Of a stretch of DNA of 64,000 bases, positions 1 to 12,744 are shown one piece after another (position 1 is the first letter of the stretch; the number at the start of each line of letters is the position of its first letter). A program made the translations under genes and the position numbers. The stretch is from Pelomyxa schiedti (Eukaryota > Protista > Evosea). The stretch lies in NCBI GenBank assembly GCA_020536535.1, contig JAHLWZ010000859.1:1-64000 (forward strand), given 5' to 3'. Under the pieces are notes generated by a model. The model was not told where the DNA came from. It saw nothing but the letters and a program-made list of their open reading frames with translations, and did not search any database.

Positions 1-404
1 GGAAGCAATCTACGCTGAGAAAAGAGGCTCCTCTGAGTTTGTTTGTGTGGAACACATCAACCTGAGCACTGAGACGAGTGTATCATCTCAATTGGTTTGT
101 GAGTGCGAGCTTCCAGAGAGAACATTCATTGGCGGCATGGTCTGGAACCATGGTTAATGTCGGTTGTGGGGTGCTCATTTCCAGTTCTGTCTCAATCTCC
201 CATCATTTTCCACAAAAGAAGCCAAGGCTCTCAGAAGCCGCTGTGTTCCCTCTGTCAAAACATGAGTTTGACTCCCCTCACATTCACGTGGAGCACCATT
301 TCACAGACGCAACAACAGGCACACTTCTGTTCACAATGACAAAATGGTCGTCGTGCCACCTCCCGACAGAAATGCAAGCTGTCCCTTTCCCCTCTCCTTT
401 GTGA
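1..404 (+). pseudogene. 3' end of a lineage-expanded hypothetical protein, frame-disrupted or spliced and truncated by the window edge
   Basis: Frame 2 reads EAIYAEKRGSSEFVCVEHINLS...GGMVWNHG* and frame 3 ends HHFTDATTGTLLFTMTK...PSPL*. These loosely resemble the C-terminal part of ORF 57285-58523 (VEFVDVRES...; SLHDGVTGFHIC). Confidence 0.3.
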
Positions 405-982
405 GTAAAACGTACTTGCATTTTTGGTGATATTTAGTCGCCGAGTACAACAACAAATTGTCACCTGGTTGTGAAAATTGACCCCTTCACTGACATGTAA
501 CGTCGTGTCGTTGTGAAGACAGACGCTTCTACTGCGATGTGCCAACTATTGCGTAACACGGGCAAAACCTACTGACACGACGGAGACACCGGTGTTCTTT
601 ACTTCCAAATTAGACGAAATCAAGACCCCACTAAAGACCACCGATGCTTTTTCGGTGTTGCGGGACGTCCTCTCTGTATTTTTCAGTGAACAGATCTGGG
701 CTTAGTCCAATGCCCTGAGAAAGCAGCAAGAAATGGCAAGACACCACCGTGCAAACATCTGGTTGATATCAGCCAGCATGTACCCAGATGATTCCACCAC
801 AGACAGGGGCTACACTGCGATCTCTGCGGGGTGTTCTATTTTCGTCGTCAAACCCATCGGCTTCCCCTAAATTTGGGATACCGAGTTGCGTTTTTTTTTT
901 TTTTGAGTCGGGTTTAAGGGGGCTACTCTACACGCTCTGGGCATCAAAAGCAAAAACGGTTGAAAAGAGGGTTTGCAGGCAC

Positions 983-3949
983 TCAGAGTTTAAACTGTGC
1001 ATTGAAAGTGTGATGTAGACTGGTAATCTCCGTCGAAGTTTCTAGTGGTAGCTCTTTTGTTGCTTGTGCATCTCCTAATTGTAAAACTAGTTAAAGACAA
1101 TGTGGGGAAAAAAAAAAAAGCAAGACCAAGAAATTTCAATAAGATGTAGGCGGAGCTATGGTCAGTCCTTTCCAGAGCAGCAAAGGCCCTTTTTGAACTG
1201 CTTTCAGAAAGAATTTGTAGCATATGCACTACAAGTGCAGATGAAAACGGTGGTGAAATTGAGTCTAGTGTCTAGAGCTGTGAGATGCGGAGACAAGTTG
1301 GCGGAAAAACGAAAAACCTGGATGATGAAGTATCTGATAAGAGCTTGGTCTTTCATTACCATTCCACTTGAATGGCACCACTTATGAACCAGAGATAGCA
1401 CGGGTAAGGGATATCCATTTCTCACCAGTTCAACTAAAACACTAAGGAGATGCTTCTTGAGTTCTAGCTGCATTTTGTTGCAATGGTTACAGAGGGTGAA
1501 AAAGAATAATGATATGTAAGTTGCCTGAGGCACAGCTTCCATGTTATGCAAATCTTGTTCAAAGCATTTTTTTATTAAAGAGAGTATGGAGGGCCATTGC
1601 ATGCGGTGAATCTGGACAATCTAGGTTGAAGTGAAACTTTAATATCGTGTTCATCAATGTACATGTAAAACGAGATCGAAAGCGACATTAGGAAATGATG
1701 ACTGAGTGTCAACATCTGTGAGATATCTCTCCACCCAATATAAGATTCCCATCGAGATTACTGGGTATCTGTACCACTCAGTAAATGAAATGACTAAGGG
1801 TTCGTTTATTCAAACTGGCAGAGGTCTTGCAGTGTAGGCATCGAAGAAGCTAAATCATGCCCAAAGGGTCCCCTCTTGCATAAAGATGATGCAGAGGCGA
1901 GTGCTGGTGTTATACGATGAACTTCACTTAGGTCCACTGCAATGGCTGAGGTACTGCATTGTCCTGGGTGCTCTTGCTGTTGGGCTTGCACTTGTGTCAT
2001 TGTATGAGACTCTAGGGCACTTGAAGCATAAGCAAGGAGGTATATGCATTTCTCTTTGTGTTGCTCACTCACTTGCTTGACAGGGTCGAATAACTCTTTG
2101 AGAAGAGTTCCTTTTCTTTTTTAAGTGGTGAAGACACCTGTAACCTACTCACGCATTATCTCTTCTTTTCTGATGTATTTAACAGGGGGTGGAGCTTGCG
2201 ATTTAAATTCAGTATATAGCTGCGAACCTGTTATTCCTTGACAAACAAAAGGGAAGTTGAACCTGGGAGACATCAGAGGGAGCGCAGACACCTTTTGTAA
2301 GGGAACAAATCGGTTGCTGTATTGAAGGATAGTTATCCAACTTGCTCAATTTGCAATTGATTTGCACTATAACATTTTCTCTTCAACGAGGTGAGTGATA
2401 TTTCTCGTAGGCAGCTAAATTGACCTGTGGGAACCTTCACACTGCAATTCTGTGATCAGTCTTTTGAGATGTGCACCATTAGGGTGTGCAGCTAGTTTGT
2501 GTAGAAACACTTGGACATAGAAGTATGCATGTTCGTTATGAGCACACAATTTCTTTATATAGTGGATACAGATATTAGATAGGGGTTCTTCCCTACGTGT
2601 GACAGTGGGAATGGGAATGTGTGTTCTGAAAACGTTTCATTGCACCACATACCTTGAGGTCAGGTAAGAGCTGTTGTAATTTCAACTCATCAGCAGTGAT
2701 TATCTGGGAGAGTAAATTCTTCAGAACCCTGCACTGAGGTAAGGTACTTTTCAACAAGGAAGAGGGATACTGATTAAATATTCGGAAGTTCTGCACTGCA
2801 GATGGAATTGTAGAGATTTCCTCAGTGTGGCCGGAATCAGAGATCAACTGAACACAGTCAATGTGGGTTACATCTGGGAAAACAAACCTGAATAGCGAGG
2901 TTCAAAAGCACACAGGACTCATGTTTTTCGGAAAGTTTGTATATAAGATTTCGCCATTGTGGGTTTTGGATCATTTTCACTAGCCATTCAGGAACTGCCT
3001 TGGTCACGTGGGTTACACAGTATTCGTTTAGTATTCACTCACATCATTTTCCATTAAGATGGAGTCAGCAATGGCTCTGTCAAAATGTGATAAGACCAGT
3101 TGCATCAATTGTTCTCCAACGAGTTTCTGTATTGCCTCTGGAGAGAGGGCACCACAATGAACGCCCCAGTCACACAGCAAGTTAACCATTTGGCTGTATC
3201 CCCGGTAATGGTCAACAAGCATAGTGATGATTTCCTGTTGGTGTCAGGAAGAAAACCTCAACCTGAAACTGAACCTGGGGAGTCCCACCAGCCTTCACAA
3301 AGTTCTTCATGGTGAGTCCCACATCAGACTCCAAGGCAGCATCAGGAGCAACAAGGGCTTCACACAACTTTGACTTCAAGTTTTCAATTGCTTTGCTGTC
3401 CTCCGGGGATCCGCCGCCGCCGCCGCCGCCACCGCCACCATCATCCTCATCCAACTTGGCATCCCTCTCAGTCCCAGAGCTCCCAACGCCATCAACAACA
3501 ATACTATCAGCATGAGCAGAAACAGTAGCAGTAGACTTAGGACTCGAGTCCAGCAACGTTGGGCCGCCGTCGCACTCCATTGTCGTGGTGTGTGCATTTC
3601 TACTTTCGAATGGGTTGGTGCCTTCCAGCGAAAAGAGGCCGAAGCCGCCGCCGCCGGGGTTCGCCTGTGGCGATATTTCGCCGACAGAGGAGGTCGGCGT
3701 GCTCGTGACAAGCAGCAACGGGGACGTGTTCGACGGCGACAGGCAGGGCGAAATCGACCCGGACCGCGACATGTGCGCGCCCAGGTGCTCCGCCATTTCG
3801 CCGCCGCCGCCGCCGCCGGCGCCACTCCCTCCAAAGGCCTGCTGTGACTGGAACGACGAGGAGGACGAGGGCGGAGGCGACGGCGAACGGTGCTGCTCTT
3901 CGTGCGACGGTGAATCAAGGGGCAGGGGCGGCGAGTCTTCCGGTAGCAT
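983..3949 (-). CDS. NELFCD: Negative elongation factor C/D (TH1 family), multi-exon, with a low-complexity N-terminal extension
   Basis: Spliced exons give EIITMLVDHYRGYSQMVNLLCDWG, WLVKMIQKPQWRNLIYKLSEKHESCVLLNLAIQ-LISDSGHTEEISTIPSAVQNFRIF, CQYPVISMGILYWV, LVELVRNGYPLPVL and DQALIRYFIIQV, which are collinear with TH1/NELF-D. ATG at 3949, TGA at 985-983. Confidence 0.9.
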
Positions 3950-4086
3950 GTGTTTGCTACGCCCAAAGTGTGAAAATTTTGATGGACGAAGATACAACAA
4001 AGTTTGACAAACTAGCTACATTAGGTAGGATGTTTTGGGACCTTGGGAGTTGTGTAGTGTCGTGGTTGGTTGTATGGATGACAAGG

Positions 4087-5802
4087 TTAGGGCAAGAGGG
4101 GATTCACACAAACGCCAGGTATTCTGCGGGCCACAAAATGAGCCAGTTGGTTTATTCTGCTGTTGAATTGGGTCAGCATGGGCCCATCAAAAGCCCTTGA
4201 GGGGTCTCTGGTAAGGTACACTCCAGGGCCGAGGCACTCAACCTGACCTCCAGGGCCGCAGCTTACACCAATGAGGAGCCGCATTTCCACTGTGGTGTAT
4301 TGAATATGTTAATGGAAGCTTTTTCGTTGATTGGGGCTGGGTACCTGTGTGTGTTTCGTTGTCCAGTTGGATAACAAAGGAGTAACCAAAAGCTTTTCTC
4401 CACACATCCGTGGGGGTTTTGCCAGAAACGTCAGGATCACATCTGTTACGAATAAGCGGTTCGAGAGTCGTCATAATCTCGGGATCAAAACCTTGAAATC
4501 TTTAAGTAATGTAAACAAAAACTTGGAGCAAATGTACCTCTTTTTACTAACTCCTTCCTAGCGTTTGGATTCAACTGTGGGGCAGATCTGAGGTATTCCT
4601 TTTGCTCCACAGACAGTGGCCCTCTGGTTGCCGTGTCCACCACAGAATCTATTGCACTGCAATTCATCTGCGTTGCACTTTCCGTAATTGCACAAAGAAT
4701 AGATACAATCGACTGTGAAACTGGTTCGATAACTGATACCCAGAATTGTGAGCTGGTGATTGTTGACCAATGCGACGAATCAGTACAGATTACAGTAGTA
4801 TGCAAGCAAGGCAACGAACACTCATGGCATACTTCCCAAGGGTGTATAAAGCTCTGACTTTGTGGTGGCATTGCTCTGTTCAGGTTCTTACAGATGTCTC
4901 GCACAAGTACTTCATGCCGTGTAATAAAATACACTCGTTGCAATTCTGACAGTTCCGCAATAGAGGCTGTAGAGAATCCAATTCCCCCACTCTTCGAAAA
5001 GTCAGTAATGGGATGACCTGGAAGATGACAAACATTGGAAAAGGGTTGATTGCTGCTTGCAGCCGCAGATGCCATGCGCCAGTCAGTATCCCATGTCCAA
5101 AACATTGGGTGCCATTTCTGGGGAATTTCAGTTCTTAGGTTGTGAGCTATTCAACATACAGTTCTCACACTTTGGAATCCATTTGATTCTTCCAGTACAC
5201 CCTATCAAATAAGTGAGTTATACAGTGAGCAGTAATAATCCTACCCAAGAACGTGGACTCCAATTCCAGCCAAAATTGAGGAATTTGGCATTCAGTTCAG
5301 TAGACGCAAATTCAACAATACTAGAAATCAATGGTAACACAGAGCCAATAACTTCATCCCTCGGCACTGATGTCGGTCCTGGCAGGCATCGTGCGGGATC
5401 CATATTGAGAATAATCACATGGAAGTCAGTGGAATAAGGTGCCAGTGCCTAGAAGGTAACATAAGGCAGCACCCTACTTACAACCGGCACAAAGTCTCCT
5501 GATATAATTTACAATTACATATTGTGTAATTATTTCCAGGAAGAGCAAATGCACACAGAGCAAATTTGCCACTGTAAATTAGATCTTGGTTGCAGCGAAC
5601 AATGATCATATTCACCGTCAGCCCGAGCATCTCCAAGCAGTGTGAATCGGGAAAAAGCACCCACTACGTAGTTCAGATCAAGTGACTCCTCTGGCTTAAT
5701 TTTTGGTTGCGCAGTGCTGAAATGTGGCACCACGAGCAGAACAAGCCACACTGGGCGTGGCATTCCCGACGAAGTAGTAGAGCTCGTTGATGCAGCCGAC
5801 AT
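4087..5802 (-). CDS. Hypothetical multi-exon protein, possibly with a degenerate HIT-like motif
   Basis: ORFs 5530-5802, 5218-5418, 4485-5105, 4238-4474 and 4087-4290 are collinear on one strand. GT-AG splicing in the 5100-5240 region yields FLNFGWNWSPRSW-GVLEESNGFQSVRT-KWHPMFWTW. The start is uncertain. Confidence 0.55.
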
Positions 5803-6053
5803 TCTTTTTGTTTTCTTTTGTTTTGGTTTGTAAGTTTTGAAAACGTCATTTAAGAGGCAGAGGGCCGTGACATTTTCCCAACGCTGACTTACTTCTGAGA
5901 ATCGATCACTACTCCGAACTGGGACTCCTTCACCCCCGCAAATGAGCAGAGGTACACTGTCAACATTTTCACTGCTAAATAGCCTCCAGAACCAGGGAGC
6001 TTACTTATGGAAACCTGTGAGTTTAGAATTAAAAACACAAGATAGAACGACGG

Positions 6054-7200
6054 ATGAAGCACGTAAAGCGGGAGGTATTTTGTTTGTGTGTTTTTCCAAA
6101 GGCGTAGCACCCCGCCCACCAGTGACCAAAAACAAAGAACGCACACAGGAACGCCCGAGCGACGACACTTACGACGCCGAGGGGCACAACGCCGCCGCCC
6201 CTGCTGCATCGTCATCGTCGGCAACCTCGCATGCTGCCGTCTCTACTACTACTACTGCAGCAGCAGCAACAACGTCATCATCTTCATCGTCGTCTGGCCA
6301 TTTCGCCCAGCAGCACTCGGAGCCGCCGCCGACGCACGGGGGGGTGTGGTACCTGAACGACGCATTGGAGCTGGCTCCGGAGGTTGCCAGCGGGGCAGTG
6401 GACCGTGATTTCATCAATGTTCTGCAGTCCCAGGCGATCCAGAGGCTGTCGGCAAGGGACCCTTTATTGAGGCACGTTTTGGATGTAAAGGTGTGAGGCA
6501 CACTCTTCACTTGTGTTTTCGCTTGTTGTTTTTTTTTTTTTTTTTTTTTTTTTTACTTACTTGTTAGCTTGGCAGGTTGTGTGCAACCAGAGAAGGACAT
6601 TCATCAACTTCACAATCAAAAAAGAGTACATGGGAATGTGCCATTGTGATGTCATTGACAACTTGAGATTTTGCTATTTTATTTCGGATAAGCTAGAACC
6701 ATATGTGATTCTTACAGTAGTGGACCCACAAGTAGGGCGCCTCCACCGACTTACAAAAGCCCAAGTTTGCTTTGCCTCTCATTATTATACGGCGTTCACA
6801 CATGAAAGGTCGGTCACCTTGCACAGTCACTGGAAAAATTCCGGGTTAGATTTGGCATCAGTAACGAAACCTATCACTACACACCACTCAGAGAAAGACA
6901 GGAAACAGACACTTTTGTGCGCACAGGTGACAAGAGAGGAATCCCACCACCAGGCACCAAAGCGCACTCGTCTCACTTCCACCTGGTATGGAATCTTCCC
7001 ACTTCACTTCTTCTCACTCAAGTAACCTCTCACAGAAAATTCGAGTTGCAACCAAGATGCTGGAGGCACGGATGCCTATCTATTCCCTGCTCAACATTGG
7101 GGCTCTGCGGGAGGCTGTAGAGCCAGTAAAGTACTCCTTCTCGCGTGTGTCATTGGATTGGGAGGCAACCCTCCCCCTTCTCATGACTGACGCAGAGTAA
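6054..7200 (+). CDS. Hypothetical protein (S/T-rich N-terminus, globular middle, C-terminal MPIYSLLN motif)
   Basis: ATG 6054 gives MKHVKRE|gtattt...cag|ERPSDD. Further GT-AG introns link ORFs 5942-6496, 6513-7025 and 6988-7200. Confidence 0.6.
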
Positions 7201-7401
7201 CAAAAGTACAACTAGAAGACAACGAATGAAAATTTAGGAGAATTTTCTTTCTGTTTGATTGAATTCAATCACACATAACAAACATGGGTGGTGATAACCA
7301 ACTCTCATCGTAGCTTTACGAAGAGAATGTTGTTATTTGACAGGTGTGTATGGAGATACAACGGGGTATGTTGAGTAAGCACTGGCCTCAAAGGGACGAG
7401 G

Positions 7402-7654
7402 TCAGCTCATCTGGCAGTTGGGTCCCCTCCTTGGTGCCCCAGTCTCCACTACATTGACAAACCTCCTTATGAAAAGGGTGAGAAACGAGTCCACTGAGTG
7501 GAGAAATGTCACGAGGAGGGGCAAAGTACTTGTTGTAAAGAATTCTCTTGTAAGCTCGTCCCCTTGGGCTCTTCTTCTTCTCTGTTGGTGCAACCTTTGG
7601 TGTCTGAGCCCTGACCTTTCCTGCTCGTGCAAGTCCTCCATGTACTTTGCCCAT
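7402..7654 (-). CDS. RPS30: 40S ribosomal protein S30 (eS30), without a ubiquitin-like fusion, one 64-nt intron (7529-7466)
   Basis: [42 protein letters not shown]|[20 protein letters not shown], with a GT-AG intron. Confidence 0.97.
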
Positions 7655-7999
7655 TTCTGGTTTTTGGTGTTTGCTTTGTTTTGTTTTGTTTGCCTTCCCT
7701 TGCTTCTTCTTTACTTTTTGTTTCTTTTTGTGCTTGTACCTTCCTGCAGATACCAGGGTATAAGAAGCCTTTGCATTTATGAACCCAGTATGTATCTCAA
7801 TACACTTTTTTACGAACCAAGAAGAGAACGCTATTTATACCCATAATGGGAAGGTTTCGGTACCCGAAATTTAAGCGAATCGCGAGACAAGAAGTTAAGT
7901 GCCTTAAACCAATGAGTAAGGAAAACACCTGCTAGCCCTTCGAAGGGTCTGGCAATTGTGGAAGGCATTTCACTCTACCAATTTTTGACGGGTACATAG

Positions 8000-8623
8000 G
8001 CTGTCCTCTTGGTGTCCTGGGCGGTCTCCGTCTCCAAACAAGAAATTAGAAAGCGAAACGGCTCGATGAAGCTGGTCTCCGGGATGGCCCGGGGGAGCCA
8101 CCTTCGCGACTGCACCACGATGGCGCAGTCCACGTACAACTTGACATGGCAAATGCTGCAGGAGACGCAGGAGGGGTACAACTACGACGAGGACCCGTGC
8201 CGGAAGAACAGGGCTCCGAAGCCTTCCGATGGCTCGGCGGAGTTGTACCTGTTCGGCGCCGTGCCGCACCCCGTGGACCTCAGCTTCACTACTGACGGCC
8301 TGCTAGATGGCGAGAATCCCCCTCCGCCACCAACTGAGGATTTATTGCGTGAGGTAAAGGCTCCACGAACAAATGGGGCTTCTTTTGTTGCCCCTTTTTT
8401 CTTCTGTTTGCTCTGTTTTTCCCTGGTGGACTTATTTGAAGGTGGCAAGATGTGTTCAAGTAAAGGGGGATGGCATCAGCAGGGTACTGTTGCCACATGG
8501 TTGCCCTGTGACTCTTGTTCTGGGCAATTTCTCAAAACACGCCAGGGTGTTTGTTGTCACTTTGCCATCTCATTCCAATCTGGAATTGACAAGTGTTGTC
8601 GTGCTGCCCATGAAAGTAAGTAA
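8000..8623 (+). CDS. Hypothetical protein (start and exon structure uncertain)
   Basis: GC3-rich open frame 8009-8623 with a plausible internal intron. No recognisable domain. Confidence 0.3.
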   Translation, partial: AVLLVSWAVSVSKQEIRKRNGSMKLVSGMARGSHLRDCTTMAQSTYNLTWQMLQETQEGYNYDEDPCRKNRAPKPSDGSAELYLFGAVPHPVDLSFTTDGLLDGENPPPPPTEDLLREVKAPRTNGASFVAPFFFCLLCFSLVDLFEGGKMCSSKGGWHQQGTVATWLPCDSCSGQFLKTRQGVCCHFAISFQSGIDKCCRAAHESK

Positions 8624-8856
8624 GTTGCTTTTCTGGCGCAATATTTAAATAAATAAATACAAAAACAAACACAAAATACAAAACCAAAAAGGTTGCTACT
8701 ATAGCAGTTGCTTCTTCTCCTTTCCTTGAAGAAAAAGAATACCTTGATACTGGTGTTTTCCCGGCATGTGCAACTCAGCAGGCCCATCACCGTTTAGTGT
8801 TTCAATCAGCCAAATGTAATTTGTGGCAATTCTCCTCACTGTACATATAACAATCA

Positions 8857-9289
8857 GGCCTTCACCTTGCGTTTCAGTGTGCTTTGCATCCCCGGGTCGG
8901 TGCTGGCAGGTTGAAGACTACACTTCCGACACCGCCTCACTGACTCTTTTAGCCCGGCAAGAGTTATTCCATCACACTTGTTGAAGCGAATAGTTAATAT
9001 GTCCCACAGTACCATTCCACCTTCGATTTCACACATTCTTACAACCAAAAACACAGAATTTTCCACACAAGAAGACCCTTCTCCTGGCACTACAATTCCA
9101 ACAAGGCGAAAGGCTTCATCACTTCCTTCTCTCGCCCTGTATGGTGAGTTACAGGCTTCTGTTTATCCCGCTGTTGGTGAGGACTACTTTGGAACCATGG
9201 GTTTCTCATGGCGCTCTGGGGACATCACCTGGCCCTGGCGCAAGGACCACCCTCTGGTTCTCACAATTCGTCTCGTTTCCTCTCCATAA
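8857..9289 (+). pseudogene. Possible degenerate gene fragment (AFQCALHPRVGAG motif, then a stop and frame change into ORF 8978-9289)
   Basis: An HPRxG-type N-terminal motif at 8881-8910 is followed by TGA at 8941. The downstream protein-like text is in another frame. Confidence 0.25.
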
Positions 9290-9436
9290 AAAAAACGGAA
9301 ATTTTTTTCTCCCGCAATAGAAACCACAAATTGTGCGGTTCTATCCTTGTTTTCTTGCAGTTGCCTCTCGGTTAATTATTACGAAACAAATCGTACGTCC
9401 CGGCGTTCTCTTCGGCTGCTACCGCACACAAACGAC

Positions 9437-12400
9437 ATGGACCACAACAGAGGAGGCGGTGGTTTCCGTGGGTACAAGGCAGGGGGCCGCGGCCGCGGCG
9501 CGTCGCGGGGACGAGGGGGATCTGCAGGCGGCAGAGGGCGGGGCCGCGGGCGTGGAGGGGGAGGAGCAAGCCGAGGACGCGGGGCCCCAGGCAGAGGCGG
9601 GGGCCGAGGTAGGGGCAGGGGGGGCCGCGAGGACGGAGATGGGGGAGGCATGGGCATGGGTAGGGGCCGGGGCATGGGAAGAGGGAGGGGGAGGTCCACG
9701 GGGATGGGGGGCCGGGGCATGAGTAGAGGCCGAGGCAGGGGAGGCATGGGGGCAGGTGGGGACAGGGGACGCGCCAGGGGCGGCAGGGGCGACGGCCGCG
9801 GGCGCGGAAGAGGGAGGGACAACGGCATGGGGAGGGGCCGAGGCAGGGGAGGCAGGCCCGCAAGGACCCGCCCCGACTACGAGGAGGACGAGGAGGGCGA
9901 CGAAGAGGACGATGAAAACGAGGATGAGGACGAGGACGAGGCACAGCGTGACCCACGCCGAAAATCAGGTAGTGTGTTCGGGGATGATGACGATGACGAT
10001 GATGGTGAAGAAGAAGACGACGAGGACGAGGACGAAGACGAGGAACGGGGAGAAGACGAAGAAGAGGAGGAGGAGGAAGATGAGGATATTGGGGACGATG
10101 ACGAGTATGAAGGGGATGAACAACAGGAAGGACAGGGAGAGGGAGAGGATGAGGATGAGGGGGAGGAAGATACTGGGGGGCTGGCCCCCAAGCGGCAGCA
10201 AAACACACGCGAAGCTGGTAGGAAGAGGCCAAGCACCAATCCCGTGGATGGTAGACTCTCACTCTTTTTTTTAATTACTTCGCTTCTTAGTTGGTTCTTT
10301 GTTTTATTTTAGTTTCATTATTAACAATGACACTTGCAGATACTAGAACACTTCCCAAGCGTGCAAGATTAATCCAACCTGAGAAAAGAAAACTTCTTGA
10401 TAGACTGTCAACATTCCCAAACCGCAGACAAGAGAAGCAAGAGGCTTTGGACCTTGTACATCAAGCGAACAAGGGACTTGATTTTGCATTCAAATCCCAA
10501 AATAAAGAAAAAGTGGTAGCAGCTGTGCAGAACGCCTATTCTATCTTCGAGGGCCAGTTCAGGCGACTATGTCAGAGAAGGGAATGTGCCAGAGTCATCG
10601 AAATTATCATTAAATATACTTCCAATGAAAATCGTGAAGTGATCTGGAACGAACTTTCGGGTTTCAATCCTCACTAGAAAAAATTTGAATCCACTCACAC
10701 ATTACTTCAGGACACATTAAGGGACTACTTTCCAAATCTTACGCCTGCCACGTCGTAAAGGCACTTTGTTCTTATGGTAAGCATTCCCAATTGAGAGATC
10801 TCATTCGTGGTTCCGAATTTACTCTGCTGAAAAAACGGGTGCGACCCTGTTTCTAGGGGTTCTTATTATCGTTCCTCTCCACTCATTGCAAATATCTAGT
10901 GGTCTGCAGCAACAGTAGAACAGTTATATGAGACCGGGAATGCACAACAACGGGCACAAATGTGTGATAATTTATATGGCGTCACATACCGTAAACTTAA
11001 GGTTGCCACTCCCATAATCCTGATTAATCAAGACAAAGGAGGAGGATCCTTCAATTACTACATTTGAAATAGCGATGGAAAAAGCGCCTGAAAGAATGGC
11101 CAGAGCCCTGGAAACGATGAGAAAAAAGCTGGAAACACTTGCTGAAAAGAAACACATCCCTGAATTTTCGATATTTCATCATCTGGCATGCAAGTATTTG
11201 AGGTAGGATGTTTGTAGCCTTTTGTGCCATTAATCTGTCTACTCCAGCAACGCCCCTCCAGCACAAGCTTCAGATGCTGTTGTACATCTCAGGGATATTA
11301 TTTTGCGTATGGTACACACTCCTGAAGGCTCGATAGCTGGTGTTTATGCAGCTACCTATGGCTCTGCAAAGGTATGTACAAAGGACGAGGATATTCAATA
11401 ATACTAAGTTATTTGTAGGACAGGAAAGTCATGCTTAAAGCAATGTCCGACTATGTTGCTCCAACCTTTAAGGATTCAGGTGGTTGTTGGTTTGCAGCAC
11501 GTCTACTTGATGTAACGGATGATACAGAGCAGACTACAAAGTACATACTGGAGGTTACCACACTCACATTCTTACAAATATTTGACCCTCCCCTTTCTTC
11601 AGCCCATCAAACGGGATATCCCTGAGCTTATACTAGACAATTATGGTTGCATTCCCTTCATTGTATTACTGGATCGGGCCAAATTTTTGAAACACAATAC
11701 TGTGAAATCTTTTGCAGTACCAAGTTTGCACAGGCACCTCCCTTTATGTTCCATTTTCTTTTTAACATGTTTTCGGTATCGCATTTAGTAAAAAGGACCC
11801 TGAAGTTCGAAGGAAAGAACTCCTTGCACACGTTGGACCCGCTTTGATTCACTCCTGTAAGGAGCAGTGCTCGCAAATGCTTCAACACTGTAATTCCGGA
11901 CATGTGTTGTTGGGAATGATCAAAGTTTCATCTGGTGCAACTTTCCCCTCCATACCGTTAGACCTAACCTGTTTTAGGAGATGCGGACTTAGTTGATGCA
12001 GTAGTAAGCGCCTTGGAAGAAGATTTCCAAAGGTATCCAGAGCCCGTGACCCACAAAGTGAAACCAGAAAAACCACTTAAGAAAGCTCTCCCACATGCGG
12101 GCACTTCCAAAAAAGGAAAGGAGAGACATGGTGAAGGCAGTGAAGAGGAGCAGGATGAAACCCCAATCCTGGCAAGAGATAAGGTCCCACAAAAACCCGA
12201 GGTGATAGAAGAGGAGAAAATATCTGCCTTTGAGAAAACTGCTTCTCATTGGCATATCCACACCTTACTCACGGAAGAGTTTGATGGTACAATTCCCTTC
12301 AATATCACACAACCCAAAGTACTAATCTGTTTTAGATTCCCAGTTCGGCCCGAAACTTGCCACCGCTCTTGGATCAAACCTTGCACAATTTGCACTTTGT

Positions 12401-12618
12401 AGCAGTAGACATGCTTTCATTTTGGAGTCACTCTTCAAGAATGTGTCTCGCAGTAAGAACAAAAAGCTTCTTGCACAGGTTTTTGCCCTCTCTATTTTGT
12501 GAACTATTTATTGACTTTCGACTAGATGAAACGGCAGTTTGACCCTAAAGCAGTACAATCTTTGCCTTCCAACAGCGGCTGTGAGGCTCTTAAACATATT
12601 CTAGAATCTCTCAGTTAA
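9437..12618 (+). CDS. PUF6: Pumilio-repeat nucleolar protein Puf6/PUM3-like, with N-terminal RGG and acidic tracts
   Basis: ATG 9437, about 140 aa of RGG repeats, a D/E tract, then FRRLCQRRECARVIEIIIKYTSNENREVIWNELSG-HIKGLLSKSYACHVVKAL, MVHTPEGSIAGVYAATYGSAK-DRKVMLKAM and LLDVTDDT (Puf-A/CPL-like). TAA at 12616-12618. Confidence 0.85.
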
Positions 12619-12744
12619 TACAGAGCACACACTTCTGGGTTTGGCCTACAGAATAGGCCCAACAAGCCCTAGTGATTTAAGATAACCACAAGCCTGCATT
12701 TACTGTTTTTGAAACGGTTGGGCAAAAAAAAAAAACCAAGTAAA

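Noticed and set aside
405-980. Short hairpins and a T-tract (891-904) in the first intergenic region
   Set aside because: The stems are short and match no RNA family I can recognise, so support is insufficient.
9372-10262. Minus-strand Pro-rich and poly-Ser ORFs
   Set aside because: They are antisense to the RGG/acidic exon of PUF6; GC-rich repeats lack stop codons.
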